Counted from the first letter of the stretch, positions 28,098-37,576 are shown. The stretch: 64,000 nt of DNA from a bacterium (GCA_043798995.1 JAZDOD010000004.1:47860-111859); one strand, 5' to 3'. Program-made: numbers and translations. Notes: generated by a model not told the origin, from the letters alone.

Positions 28098-28238
28098 GGT
28101 AAGGAATTCGCTTTAAAAACCATCTCGCAGGCCGAGCGGGCATGGCGCTCCTCTTTTAATGGAGCGAGCGAGGCCGAGAGTGAGCGCAATTTCCTCGCTG
28201 GGGAAATTGATAGCGTGTTTTTAAAACGAATTCCTTAC
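28098..28238. repeat. composite inverted-repeat element (22-bp AT-rich stem enclosing ~95-nt GC-rich core)
   Basis: GGTAAGGAATTCGCTTTAAAAAC ... GTTTTTAAAACGAATTCCTTAC with inner GGCGCTCC-TCTTTTAAT-GGAGCG hairpin; between two GT genes of one operon. Confidence 0.45.
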
Positions 28239-28243
28239 TAAGT

Positions 28244-29719
28244 TTACCTTGCTTTTTTAGTTACATAAAAACCTAAATATTTACCTAACATCAGCCGTGT
28301 CTGCGCGTCAATCGCCGGAATTGAACCAAATAAAATCATACAATAAGGAAACAGCAACCACTGTAAAACCATTAAATAATATTTATGCCCGTGTTGTTTT
28401 TTCGGCTTTGGCGGCAGCATAATTAAACTTAAAACCGCCGAAAAAAATAACCCGACCATGGAAATAGTCATTAAATATCGCAAAACAATCGGCGCATTTT
28501 GGGTAAAAACCGTGGCTTTCACTTCTTTACCAGCGGTGTATAAAGGCAAATAGCCCATAAAAAAAATTAGAATCGGGGCCGTAGCCCACGAATAAGTTCC
28601 TTCCAACTGATTCCAAAGATAGCGGAATTTTTTGCGAAAACTAATTTTTTTATTGCCCCACATCTGCCAAACAATATAAGGAAAATTTTCCACTCCGTAG
28701 GCCCAGCGGCGAATCTGTCTATATTGATTAACCAAACTCTCCCAAAATTTACCGGCATAAGGCGTATCCATTGAAACAGGAATATGAATCGGCACAACCT
28801 CATAATCGCCATTGTATCTCACCATACCCTGAAGACAAATTCTTGAATCTTCGGTGACAATGTCGGTCTGCCAATAACCAATTTCAACCAAGGCCTTAAA
28901 ACTCATACTATGAGAAGAAAAAGTAAAAAGCCGTTCGGGCCGCGCCAAATCGGTAAAAAGCCAAAAAGTAGTGCTGTTATTGATAATTCTGAGTATAGCC
29001 GGCGAATCCCAGATGTTGTTATTATAAACTGCTACCGGCTGATAACTGGCACGGGTGCGATTCGGATGAAGGAGAAAAGTATAAGTTAAATAAGAAAAAT
29101 ATTCAGGATGAGGGCAAGTATCAGCATCAAAGTTAGAAACTAAAATATCCTCATAAGGAATCTGAAGTTCATCAATTAATTTGGTCGCCTGTTTGGCTGC
29201 CCAGGTAGCGTTCGCGCCTTTGCCGGCCAATTCGTCTTCTATATCTTTAGGATGGAGTGTTACTAAAAATTTAAAAAAAATATGGCCAAATTCTTTTTCT
29301 AAAATTTCCGCTATATTTAAAAAATTAACTTGATCTCGCTCTTCGCCGGCTAAAACTACGATTAATTTATCCAAAGGATAATTAACGGCAGCTAAGCTGC
29401 CAAAAGTAGTCCGTAAAACATTAACCGGCTCTTTATAAGTTGGCAGAATTATGAGGTGGTAAACTTTTTCCCAGCCAGTGATTTTTTTAACTTTTTCCAG
29501 CCAATTGATTTTAACGGCTCGACGATATTTAAAACAGGAATTAAGCAAATAAATCAAAAGATAACAAATTCTAACTAGCCAATAGCAATCAAAAACAATA
29601 ATAAAATAAATCCCCCAAAGCGGCTTGACAAAAGCTAAAATAATGGCCAGCACAAAAGTGCTCCAAACCATTACTCCCGGAATAATTTCTAAAATACGAT
29701 ATTTAGTATGATTGGTCAT
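28244..29719 (-). CDS. membrane-embedded processive family 2 glycosyltransferase (cellulose/hyaluronan-synthase-like)
   Basis: N- and C-terminal TM helices, DAD motif, QxxRW motif (QYRQIRRW). Confidence 0.7.
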   Translation of the reverse strand: MTNHTKYRILEIIPGVMVWSTFVLAIILAFVKPLWGIYFIIVFDCYWLVRICYLLIYLLNSCFKYRRAVKINWLEKVKKITGWEKVYHLIILPTYKEPVNVLRTTFGSLAAVNYPLDKLIVVLAGEERDQVNFLNIAEILEKEFGHIFFKFLVTLHPKDIEDELAGKGANATWAAKQATKLIDELQIPYEDILVSNFDADTCPHPEYFSYLTYTFLLHPNRTRASYQPVAVYNNNIWDSPAILRIINNSTTFWLFTDLARPERLFTFSSHSMSFKALVEIGYWQTDIVTEDSRICLQGMVRYNGDYEVVPIHIPVSMDTPYAGKFWESLVNQYRQIRRWAYGVENFPYIVWQMWGNKKISFRKKFRYLWNQLEGTYSWATAPILIFFMGYLPLYTAGKEVKATVFTQNAPIVLRYLMTISMVGLFFSAVLSLIMLPPKPKKQHGHKYYLMVLQWLLFPYCMILFGSIPAIDAQTRLMLGKYLGFYVTKKAR

Positions 29720-29723
29720 TTGT

Positions 29724-30671
29724 TTATTTTTTCTTAAATCTTTTCACTCTAATCAATCCGGAACAAGGATAAATTTTAATTCCCCTTTTTTCAATTTCAT
29801 CTAAAAATAAATTCATGCCGATTGAATCAGAAGAAATATGGCCGGCAATAATGGCGTTAATGTGCGCCGCTTCAGCTTCTTCTTTATGTTTTTCCGAAAG
29901 ATGCATGGCGATAATCGTGCCAATACCGGCCTGAGCCATTTTTTCATAAATTTTTGGGCTGCCCTCCGTACCGCCGGTAATTTCGGTTACGGCAATCCGG
30001 CCAGAGCGGTTTTCTTCATTGCCGGAAAAAAGCCGAGGCCCGGCCTTGATTTTCAAAGCTTCCTGATATTCAGGAATAGTTTTTAGAAAATCCATTACCT
30101 CGCCGACATACTCAAATTTTCTTTTTTCAATTTCCCGCTTCAAAAAAGTGGCGACTAAATTGTCGCAGACGGTATGGGCGCTCATCAGACCAACGCCTAA
30201 ATATCTGGCGGCGTCAACAATCCGGTTATGATTAGCCGGGCTAACCGAGCGAGAAACTTCTGACATTCGCACTTTTATTAAACTTTCGGCAATATTTATT
30301 GGCACGCCGTAACCCTCCAATACCTCGGCCTGAAGGTGCATCACCTCATCCAAAGCGGCCAAGGCCTTACCCAAAGGATGGTGGGAAATAATTAGATCAA
30401 CCTTCAGGCGATCTGCTAAAAATAATTCGGCGCCGGCAATGTCAATGCCCGCCAAAACCTTTTTAATTGGCTTGGTAACCTCAATTAAAATTCGGGTGTC
30501 AGAATAAGGATTAGCAAGTTTTTCTGAATCAAATTCTTTTTTCTTTTTTTCATCAAGTTTTTGGTATTTTTCCTTGGCGCGAAGAAGTAATTTTCTAACC
30601 CTGGCCTCACCGCGCAAATCCGCTTTCATCCCCATTTTAACTGCTAAATCGTAAATTTGTTTAAGTGTCAT
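29724..30671 (-). CDS. Nif3-family dinuclear metal-centre protein
   Basis: DLIISHHP motif and overall Nif3/YqfO-like layout. Confidence 0.55.
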   Translation of the reverse strand: MTLKQIYDLAVKMGMKADLRGEARVRKLLLRAKEKYQKLDEKKKKEFDSEKLANPYSDTRILIEVTKPIKKVLAGIDIAGAELFLADRLKVDLIISHHPLGKALAALDEVMHLQAEVLEGYGVPINIAESLIKVRMSEVSRSVSPANHNRIVDAARYLGVGLMSAHTVCDNLVATFLKREIEKRKFEYVGEVMDFLKTIPEYQEALKIKAGPRLFSGNEENRSGRIAVTEITGGTEGSPKIYEKMAQAGIGTIIAMHLSEKHKEEAEAAHINAIIAGHISSDSIGMNLFLDEIEKRGIKIYPCSGLIRVKRFKKK

Positions 30672-30734
30672 AAATTTAAAAATTAAGTCTTAGTTTAAGT
30701 AAAAATAGCAAAGAAACCTGAAAAAATCAAGCCC

Positions 30735-30762
30735 TTGCAAAAAATTTAAAATTGGGTAAAAT
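30735..30762 (+). promoter_or_regulatory. sigma70-like promoter of dnaB
   Basis: TTGCAA-16nt-TAAAAT; transcript would begin with a 12-bp hairpin. Confidence 0.45.
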
Positions 30763-30822
30763 GAGGAGTGTTGAATAAATTACTCAACACTCCTCATCCC
30801 GAGCCAAGGGGCGAGGGATTTT
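30762..30822 (+). promoter_or_regulatory. structured dnaB leader
   Basis: TGAGGAGTGTTGAATAAATTACTCAACACTCCTCA hairpin followed by TCCCGAGCCAAGGGGCGAGGGA. Confidence 0.3.
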
Positions 30823-30837
30823 ATACATAAAAATTCT

Positions 30838-32214
30838 ATGACTAACGGACAAAACGACAATTTAATAGGCCGGGTGCCGCCGCAAAATTTAGAGGCCGAA
30901 GCCTGCCTTTTAGGCTCGCTCTTAATTGACAAAGATGCGATTGTCAAAATTGCTGATATAGTTAAGGCCGATGATTTTTATTTAGAAAGCCACAAAATAA
31001 TCTTTGAAGCCATGGTCCAGCTCTACGAAAAGCGTCTGCCAATTGATATGTTAAGTTTGGCTAACCGCCTGATGGAAATTAACAAACTGGAAGATGTTGG
31101 TGGTCGCAGTTATTTAGTTAATCTTACTAATACGGTGCCAAGCGCCAGTCATGTTGTTTCTTACGCTCAGATTACATCTGAAAAAGCAACTTTAAGACGC
31201 CTGCTCAATGCCGCCACTGAAATAACCGGTTTAGCATTTAAGCAAGAGCAGGAAATTTCCGGTCTTTTAGATAAATCAGAACAATTGCTTTTTGCCGTTT
31301 CGCAAAAATATTTGACACGAAATTTCATACCCTTAAAAGACATTTTAACTGAGGCCTTTGAAAGAATTGATGAGCTTCACAGGGAAAAAGGAAAATTGCG
31401 CGGCATTCCGACCGGTTTTATTGATTTGGATAATAAATTAGCGGGACTGCAAAAATCTGATTTGATTGTTTTAGCGTCCCGTCCTTCCATGGGGAAAACT
31501 TCTTTAGCGCTGGATATTGCCCGTTATATGGCGATAACCGCCAAAGTGGCTGTCGGAATTTTCAGCTTGGAAATGTCTAAGGAACAATTAGTTGATCGGC
31601 TTCTCTGCGCCGAAGCCGGGGTTGATCTTTGGAGAATGCGCACCGGCCGACTTTCCGATCGCGATGATGACGACGATTTTCCCCGTATCGGCCATGCTAT
31701 GAACATTCTTTCTGAAGCCGAAATTTATATTGATGATTCGGCCACTGCTAACATTATGGAAATCAGGACTAAAGCCCGCCGCCTGCAGTCCGAGCACAAT
31801 TTAGGCATCTTGATTATTGATTATTTACAGCTAATGGAAGGGAGATCGGCTGAAAATCGGGTTCAAGAAATTGCTGATATTACCAGATCCCTAAAAGGCA
31901 TTGCCCGAGAACTCAATATTCCGGTTTTGGCTCTTTCGCAGCTTTCACGGGCAGTTGAATCGCGCACTCCCCCAATTCCCAAATTATCTGATCTTCGCGA
32001 GTCAGGTTCTATTGAACAGGATGCCGATGTGGTTATGTTTATTTACCGCGAAGAGATGTACAAAAGAGAAACATTACGCAAAAATATCGCCGATATTTAT
32101 ATTGCCAAACACCGCAACGGCCCCACCGGCCATATTGAACTTTATTTTGACGAACAAAAAACCTCTTTCAGAAGTTTGGAAAAAATAATTGAAGGGGGGG
32201 AACCGGTATTCTAA
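30838..32214 (+). CDS. dnaB: replicative DNA helicase DnaB
   Basis: DnaB N-domain, Walker A SRPSMGKTS, Walker B LIIIDYLQL, RecA-like fold; normal length, no intein. Confidence 0.95.
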   Translation: MTNGQNDNLIGRVPPQNLEAEACLLGSLLIDKDAIVKIADIVKADDFYLESHKIIFEAMVQLYEKRLPIDMLSLANRLMEINKLEDVGGRSYLVNLTNTVPSASHVVSYAQITSEKATLRRLLNAATEITGLAFKQEQEISGLLDKSEQLLFAVSQKYLTRNFIPLKDILTEAFERIDELHREKGKLRGIPTGFIDLDNKLAGLQKSDLIVLASRPSMGKTSLALDIARYMAITAKVAVGIFSLEMSKEQLVDRLLCAEAGVDLWRMRTGRLSDRDDDDDFPRIGHAMNILSEAEIYIDDSATANIMEIRTKARRLQSEHNLGILIIDYLQLMEGRSAENRVQEIADITRSLKGIARELNIPVLALSQLSRAVESRTPPIPKLSDLRESGSIEQDADVVMFIYREEMYKRETLRKNIADIYIAKHRNGPTGHIELYFDEQKTSFRSLEKIIEGGEPVF

Positions 32215-32278
32215 CCTTTCGATTTTCTTTATTTATTTCACAAATAATCTCTTTTTAAAACCAAATCTACTTCTTATT

Positions 32279-32409
32279 AAAAATTTCTAATTAACCTAAT
32301 TAATCTAATTGACCTAAATAATATCCAATTATCCAAATCCCAAAAAAACTATTTTGGATATTGGTATTTAGAATTTAATTAGACTAATTAGAAATTAGAA
32401 ATTAGAAAT
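32279..32409. mobile_element. ~130-bp MITE-like element, copy 1
   Basis: Terminal inverted repeats AAATTTCTAATTAACCTAATTAA ... TTAATTAGACTAATTAGAAATT, internal palindrome, (TTAGAAA)x3 tail; near-identical copy at 35631. Confidence 0.5.
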
Positions 32410-32416
32410 TTGTCTA

Positions 32417-33028
32417 ATGAGTTTATATCCCCCACCAATCCAACGTTTAATAGAATTATTCAATCGCTTTCCCGGCATCGGCGAAAAATCTGCTGCCCGT
32501 TTTGTTTTTTATTTATTAAAATTATCCGGGTCAGAAATTGAGGAGTTAACCGATCTTGTTAAAAATTTAAAAAATAAAATTCATGTTTGTGGCCTTTGCC
32601 ATAATTTTTCCGAAAGCGATCCTTGCCAGATCTGCCGAGACACCAAACGGCTAAAAAACATTATCTGTGTGGTGGCCAAACCCCAAGATTTAACTGCCAT
32701 TGAAAAAAGCGGCCAATATCAGGGACTTTATCACATTTTAGGCGGTATTTTAGAACCGCTCAACAATATTACGCCGGAAAATTTAAATATTAAAAGTTTA
32801 TTGGAAAGAATCAAAAACAATCAAAATGAAATCAAAGAAATTATTTTTTCTTTAAATCCGGATATTGAGGGCGAGACAACCTCTCTTTACCTTCATAAAC
32901 TTTTAAAGCAAAATTTTCCTCGCCTAAAAATCACCCGCTTAGCCCGAGGGCTTCCTATGGGCGCCGACATTGAATACGCTGATGACACTACTATTGCCAA
33001 TGCCCTCCAAGGCCGAAAGGAGTTTTAA
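32417..33028 (+). CDS. recR: recombination protein RecR
   Basis: HhH motif, C4 zinc finger CGLCHNFSESDPCQIC, Toprim domain. Confidence 0.9.
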   Translation: MSLYPPPIQRLIELFNRFPGIGEKSAARFVFYLLKLSGSEIEELTDLVKNLKNKIHVCGLCHNFSESDPCQICRDTKRLKNIICVVAKPQDLTAIEKSGQYQGLYHILGGILEPLNNITPENLNIKSLLERIKNNQNEIKEIIFSLNPDIEGETTSLYLHKLLKQNFPRLKITRLARGLPMGADIEYADDTTIANALQGRKEF

Positions 33029-33046
33029 AAAAGGCAAAATTCTAAT

Positions 33047-33072
33047 TGTCATTCCGTACTTGATACGGAATC
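33047..33072. repeat. type A GTCATTCC hairpin, half copy
   Basis: TGTCATTCCGTACTTGATACGGAATCC, same stem and CTTGAT loop as the clpB-leader copy. Confidence 0.4.
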
Positions 33073-33153
33073 CATATAATAATATAATTTGATCTTTTTA
33101 CAAAAGGCGACAGAGTTATCGGCTTTAAATAAAAAAACTTATTTTAAAAACTT

Positions 33154-33185
33154 AATCGAGGTCTTACGACCTCGATTTTTTATAT
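33154..33185 (-). terminator. rho-independent terminator after rplU (bidirectional)
   Basis: AATCGAGGTCTTACGACCTCGATTTTTT. Confidence 0.5.
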
Positions 33186-33488
33186 CTTCACAATCTTGAC
33201 TTTGGTAAAAAGTTGGCGGTGGCCTTTTTTGCGCTTGTAGCGGACTTTGGCTTTGTATTTAATAACCGTTATTTTTTTGGCTTTGCCTTGCTCCAAAATT
33301 TCGGCTTCAACTTTAATATCTTTAAGATAGGGCTTGCCAATTTCAACCGATTCGCCGTCAACGCGAAGCAAAACCTGGTCAAATTTGATTGTTTTACCGC
33401 GGGCCGGTTCAATTTTTTCAATTTTAAGAATCTCGCCTTCTTTAACGAGATATTGCTTGCCACCGGTTTTAATAACTGCTAATTTCAT
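33180..33488 (-). CDS. rplU: 50S ribosomal protein L21
   Basis: MKLAVIKTGGKQYLVKEGEIL N-terminus, ~100 aa. Confidence 0.9.
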   Translation of the reverse strand: MKLAVIKTGGKQYLVKEGEILKIEKIEPARGKTIKFDQVLLRVDGESVEIGKPYLKDIKVEAEILEQGKAKKITVIKYKAKVRYKRKKGHRQLFTKVKIVKI

Positions 33489-33501
33489 AAGGTTACCTCA
33501 T

Positions 33502-33621
33502 TGTCATTCCGGACTTTCCAGCCGAAGGCGGATCAGCCTCGGGTGGAGATCCGGAATCTAGAAAATTTATTATAAATTCCCGCTCCCTGATTCTTCAAGG
33601 ACAAGTTTCGCAGGAATGACA
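33502..33621. repeat. type A GTCATTCC double-hairpin repeat with nested type-B-like core
   Basis: TGTCATTCCGG-[...CCGAAGGCGGATCAGCCTCGGGTGG...]-ATCCGGAAT ... ATTCCCGC-[...]-GCAGGAATGACA in rplU upstream region. Confidence 0.5.
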
Positions 33622-33638
33622 AATACAGTTTAGCAAAT

Positions 33639-34118
33639 TTATTTTTGGCAGTCAAGATAGCTGACCATTTGCCCGATTTTAATATTATTCTCCTTACTAA
33701 AATCGGCCTTGACTTCCAAAACATAATTAACCGGCACTTTCGGTGCAAAACTTTGAGGAAAAGTTTCAGGGCTTATGTTTTGGCTGATATCAACGATTTC
33801 TTTATCGCGAAGCCAGATGATATCAAGAGAAAAATTCATCTCTTTCATCCAAAAAGGATGCTGCGCATAATCAGAAAAAATAAAAAGCATACCCTCGTCC
33901 TGAGCTAAACTTGGCCGACCGCTTAAACCCTTGGCTCTTTTAAAAATCGTATTGGCCAATTCAACCTTAATTATTTTTTTATTAATTTCAACGCACTTTG
34001 AAAAAGATTTCTGATTTGTTTTTTTAAGGAAGCCGAGAGCAAAAATTAAAAATAAAAATAAAAAAATGGCAATTAAAACAAACATAAAATTAAATTTTGA
34101 AAAAAATTTTTTAGACAT
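33639..34118 (-). CDS. DUF192 (COG1430) family protein with N-terminal membrane anchor
   Basis: RAKGLSGR...GMLFIF...FWMKEMNFSLDIIWL...YVLEVKADF matches the DUF192 pattern. Confidence 0.7.
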   Translation of the reverse strand: MSKKFFSKFNFMFVLIAIFLFLFLIFALGFLKKTNQKSFSKCVEINKKIIKVELANTIFKRAKGLSGRPSLAQDEGMLFIFSDYAQHPFWMKEMNFSLDIIWLRDKEIVDISQNISPETFPQSFAPKVPVNYVLEVKADFSKENNIKIGQMVSYLDCQK

Positions 34119-35256
34119 TGGTTTTGCGCCTATAAAGATAAATGACACTCAAAGCCAAGATAAGCATTATCACCGCTAAAATTATTAAAGCATATAATTT
34201 ACCCAAACTTTGTAAAAGAAGGGCGCTCATGCCAAAAAGAAACGTTAAAAAATATAAAAATAAAACTGCCTGGCGTTGGCTCAAACCAGCGGAGAGCAGC
34301 CGAAAATGCAGATGTTTTTTGTCCGGTGTGCTAAAAGGCGATTTTTTTTCCCAAAAAAGGCGTCGCAGAATCACCCATAAAACATCCAAGATAGGAATTC
34401 CCATAATAAGAAGCGCCGTGGCGATTTTCCCGCCGGCAATAATAGCCAAAACCCCCAAGGTAAAGCCGCAAAACAAACTGCCGCCCTCCCCTAAAAAAAT
34501 TTTGGCCGGATGAAAATTAAAAATTAAAAAACCAAGTGAACTTCCGGCTAAAATAATGGCAATTAAAGCTGTCTGCGGCTGGGAAACGATTGGATTAAAA
34601 GACAAGAAAAAAATAACCAAAGCCCCAATTACGGTAATTCCGCTGACCAAGCCGTCGAGCCCGTCTAAAAATTTAGTCGTATACATCATACCCAAAAGCC
34701 AGATAAGAGCAAACAAATCAGCCCAAGGCGCAATCCGATAAGGAAGACCGGAGATCCGCAAAATCTCAAATTTCGGCTGATCCAAACGGATAATGCCGCC
34801 GAAGGGATTGGTAATAAAATGGATGCCGACACCGCTGGCAATCACAATTAAACAAGCTATAATAGGAAAAATTATCTGCCGAGCCGGCTTTAAATTATAT
34901 TTATCATCCAAAAAACCGCCGATCATCAAGACAGCGCCGCCCAATAAAAAACCGATAATATATTTAGGCAGATAATATTTAGTTAAAATATCGCCGCTAA
35001 TAAAAGAATAATAAATTACCACCAAGGAAAAACTCAAAAAAATTGCCGCCCCGCCCAGAAGCGGTATGGCTTTGGGGTGAATTTTTCTTTCCTGGTTCGG
35101 TTGGTCCACCACCTTCAATTTTAAAGCCAACTTCATCACCGCCTTAGTTAGGATTACTGATAAAATAAAGGCGGCTAAAAAAGCGATAAAATATTTCATA
35201 AAATCTTGACTCAATTTATATTTTATATTATAATATCTTTGTTGATAATTAAGCAA
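34111..35256 (-). CDS. glycosyltransferase family 4 polyprenyl-phosphate sugar-1-phosphate transferase (MraY/WecA family)
   Basis: GGFLDDKYNL (DDxxD-like) and FLDGLDGL motifs, 10-11 TM helices. Confidence 0.75.
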   Translation of the reverse strand: MLNYQQRYYNIKYKLSQDFMKYFIAFLAAFILSVILTKAVMKLALKLKVVDQPNQERKIHPKAIPLLGGAAIFLSFSLVVIYYSFISGDILTKYYLPKYIIGFLLGGAVLMIGGFLDDKYNLKPARQIIFPIIACLIVIASGVGIHFITNPFGGIIRLDQPKFEILRISGLPYRIAPWADLFALIWLLGMMYTTKFLDGLDGLVSGITVIGALVIFFLSFNPIVSQPQTALIAIILAGSSLGFLIFNFHPAKIFLGEGGSLFCGFTLGVLAIIAGGKIATALLIMGIPILDVLWVILRRLFWEKKSPFSTPDKKHLHFRLLSAGLSQRQAVLFLYFLTFLFGMSALLLQSLGKLYALIILAVIMLILALSVIYLYRRKTNV

Positions 35257-35341
35257 TTATTCTATTAACGAATTACGGATTAAAATGATTCGCAATGCGT
35301 TAATTTATTAATAATCTAATAAATCTAATAATCAAAGAAAT

Positions 35342-35626
35342 ATGGCACATAAAAAAGCGGGTGGCTCAACTGCTTTGGGCCGCGATTCACAAGCTAAACG
35401 TCTGGGCGTCAAACTTCATGATGGAGTTTTTGCCAAAGCCGGCTCAATTATTATTCGCCAGCGAGGCACAAAATTTCATCCGGGCGAAAATGTCGGCCGC
35501 GGCAACGATGACACTTTATTCGCTTTGGCCTCCGGTAAAGTTAAATTTTTAACTCGGAAACTGCGAAAATACGACGGCAAATTAAAGACAACTAAGATTG
35601 TGTCGGTGATAGCCAGGAAAAAATAA
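35342..35626 (+). CDS. rpmA: 50S ribosomal protein L27
   Basis: [24 protein letters not shown]...[13 protein letters not shown] signature. Confidence 0.9.
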   Translation: MAHKKAGGSTALGRDSQAKRLGVKLHDGVFAKAGSIIIRQRGTKFHPGENVGRGNDDTLFALASGKVKFLTRKLRKYDGKLKTTKIVSVIARKK

Positions 35627-35630
35627 ATAC

Positions 35631-35762
35631 AAATTTCTAATTAACCTAATTATTCTAATTGACCTAAATAATACCCAATTAATTAAATCCCAAAAATATT
35701 ATTTTAGTCATTGGGGATTGGGATTTGATTAGGTTAATTAGACTAATTAGAAATTAGAAATC
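35631..35762. mobile_element. ~130-bp MITE-like element, copy 2
   Basis: Same TIRs and internal palindrome as copy 1, same orientation, ~3.2 kb downstream. Confidence 0.5.
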
Positions 35763-35781
35763 TCCTTTGGGGAGATTTTGT
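35758..35781 (-). terminator. rho-independent terminator after lepA (bidirectional)
   Basis: AAATCTCCTTTGGGGAGATTTTG. Confidence 0.5.
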
Positions 35782-35782
35782 T

Positions 35783-37573
35783 TTATCTTTTCAATATTTC
35801 CAAAAACACCTGAGTGGGAATATCAACTTTGCCGCGGCCTTGCTCCATCATTTTTTTCTTGCCCTTCTTTTGTTTTTCCAAAAGCTTTCTCTTGCGTGTC
35901 ACATCACCGCCGTAAAGATTGGCGGTCACATCTTTTCGCAAGGCCGATAATTTTTCAGCGGCGATAATTTTCCCGCCGATAGCGGCCTGAATTTTAAGAA
36001 CAAATTGCTGGCGGGGTAAGGTTTTCTTTAATTTATTGACAATTTGCTTGCCAACTTTATAGGCCTCGTCTTCATAAACAATGGATGCCAAAGCCTCGGC
36101 AGGTTCTTCGGCAACTAAGATATCAAGCCGTATTATCTCGGCTTTTTTGAAACCTACTAATTCGTAATTCAAAGAAGCATAACCAGAACTGGCGCTTTTT
36201 AATTTATCATAAAAATCAACAATTAAGCTAGCCAAAGGAATTTTGTAATGCAAAATGATGCGATCCTCGCTCAAATACTCGGTGTTTAAATAATATCCTC
36301 GTTTCTCCTGGGTAAGTCCCATAATCTCTCCCAAGTATTCTTTGGGAGTAAAAATATCCAGATTCATAATCGGCTCTTCAATATATTCAATCTGGCTCGG
36401 ATCCGGCAATTCAAGCGGACTTTTAATTTCTAAAATTTGACCGTTTTTCTTTTTGACTTGATAAGCTACCGATGGCACGGTAATAACCAATTCCAAACCA
36501 TATTCTCTTTTTAGCCGTTCCTGAACAATATCTAAATGAAGCAGGCCCAGAAAACCGCAGCGGAGTCCAAAGCCCAAAACCGGCGAATGCTCTGGCACAA
36601 AAGTCAGGGCGGCATCGGATAATTTTAATTTTTCAACCGCCTCGCGCAGCCGATTGTAATCAGCGCCTTCGCGGCAAAATATTCCGGCAAACACCATCGG
36701 CTTTACTTTTTTGTAGCCGGGCAACGGCATAACTTCTTCAGCTACCTCGCTTAAAGTTATTGTATCACCTACCCGGCAGAAATTAACATCCTTAAAGCCG
36801 GAAACGATATAACCAATTTCGCCGGCCGACAAACTCTCGCTCTTAATTAATTCCGGCTTAAAAAAACCAACTTCTAAAACTTCGCTTTCAGTGGCGGTTG
36901 CCAGCATTTTTATTTTTTGCCCAGATTTAATTTGGCCGTCAAAAAGCCGAACATAAGCAATCACGCCCTTGTAATCATCATAAATTGAATCGAAAATTAA
37001 AGCGCGAAGCGGCAAAGTCAATAAGACCTTGGGAGGCGGAACTTTTTTGATTATCGCTTCCAAAATTTCTTGAGCGCCTTGGCCTGTTTTGCCTGAAGAC
37101 AAAATTATATCTGATTCAGGACAGCCCAAAAGGTTAATCAGCTCTTTTTTGGTTTTTTCAATTTGAGCGCCGGCTAAATCAATTTTATTGACTACCGGGA
37201 TAATAGTTAGATTCTGTTCTAGAGCTAAATAAAGGTTGGCTAAAGTCTGGGACTGAATGCCTTGGGTGGCGTCAACTAAAAGAATCGCTCCTTCCACGCA
37301 GGCCAAGGAGCGCGAAACTTCATAAGTAAAATCAACATGTCCCGGAGTGTCAATCAAATTCAAAATAAATTCATTGTTTTTATAGACCATTCTGACCGGT
37401 TGGAGCTTGATTGTTATTCCCCTCTCCCTTTCCAAATCCATCTGATCTAGCATTTGTTCTCTCATCTTTCTTTTTTCCACCGTGCCGGTCAATTCCAAAA
37501 AACGATCGGCTAAAGTTGATTTTCCGTGATCTATATGAGCGATGATGCAAAAATTCCTGATGTTTTGTTGCAT
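35783..37573 (-). CDS. lepA: elongation factor 4 (LepA)
   Basis: IAHIDHGKST G1 motif, DTPGH, NKID, LepA-specific C-terminal domain; 596 aa. Confidence 0.95.
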   Translation of the reverse strand: MQQNIRNFCIIAHIDHGKSTLADRFLELTGTVEKRKMREQMLDQMDLERERGITIKLQPVRMVYKNNEFILNLIDTPGHVDFTYEVSRSLACVEGAILLVDATQGIQSQTLANLYLALEQNLTIIPVVNKIDLAGAQIEKTKKELINLLGCPESDIILSSGKTGQGAQEILEAIIKKVPPPKVLLTLPLRALIFDSIYDDYKGVIAYVRLFDGQIKSGQKIKMLATATESEVLEVGFFKPELIKSESLSAGEIGYIVSGFKDVNFCRVGDTITLSEVAEEVMPLPGYKKVKPMVFAGIFCREGADYNRLREAVEKLKLSDAALTFVPEHSPVLGFGLRCGFLGLLHLDIVQERLKREYGLELVITVPSVAYQVKKKNGQILEIKSPLELPDPSQIEYIEEPIMNLDIFTPKEYLGEIMGLTQEKRGYYLNTEYLSEDRIILHYKIPLASLIVDFYDKLKSASSGYASLNYELVGFKKAEIIRLDILVAEEPAEALASIVYEDEAYKVGKQIVNKLKKTLPRQQFVLKIQAAIGGKIIAAEKLSALRKDVTANLYGGDVTRKRKLLEKQKKGKKKMMEQGRGKVDIPTQVFLEILKR

Positions 37574-37576
37574 ATT

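Noticed and set aside
30838-32214. Intein or large insertion in dnaB (acidic DRDDDDD stretch)
   Set aside because: Total length is normal for DnaB and motifs are contiguous. The acidic patch is a short loop, not an intein.
32340-32410. Possible CRISPR array suggested by TTAGAAATTAGAAATTAGAAATT and the heptamer runs
   Set aside because: Repeat units are 7 nt with no spacers. They are parts of MITE-like elements or coding microsatellites. No cas genes are in the window.
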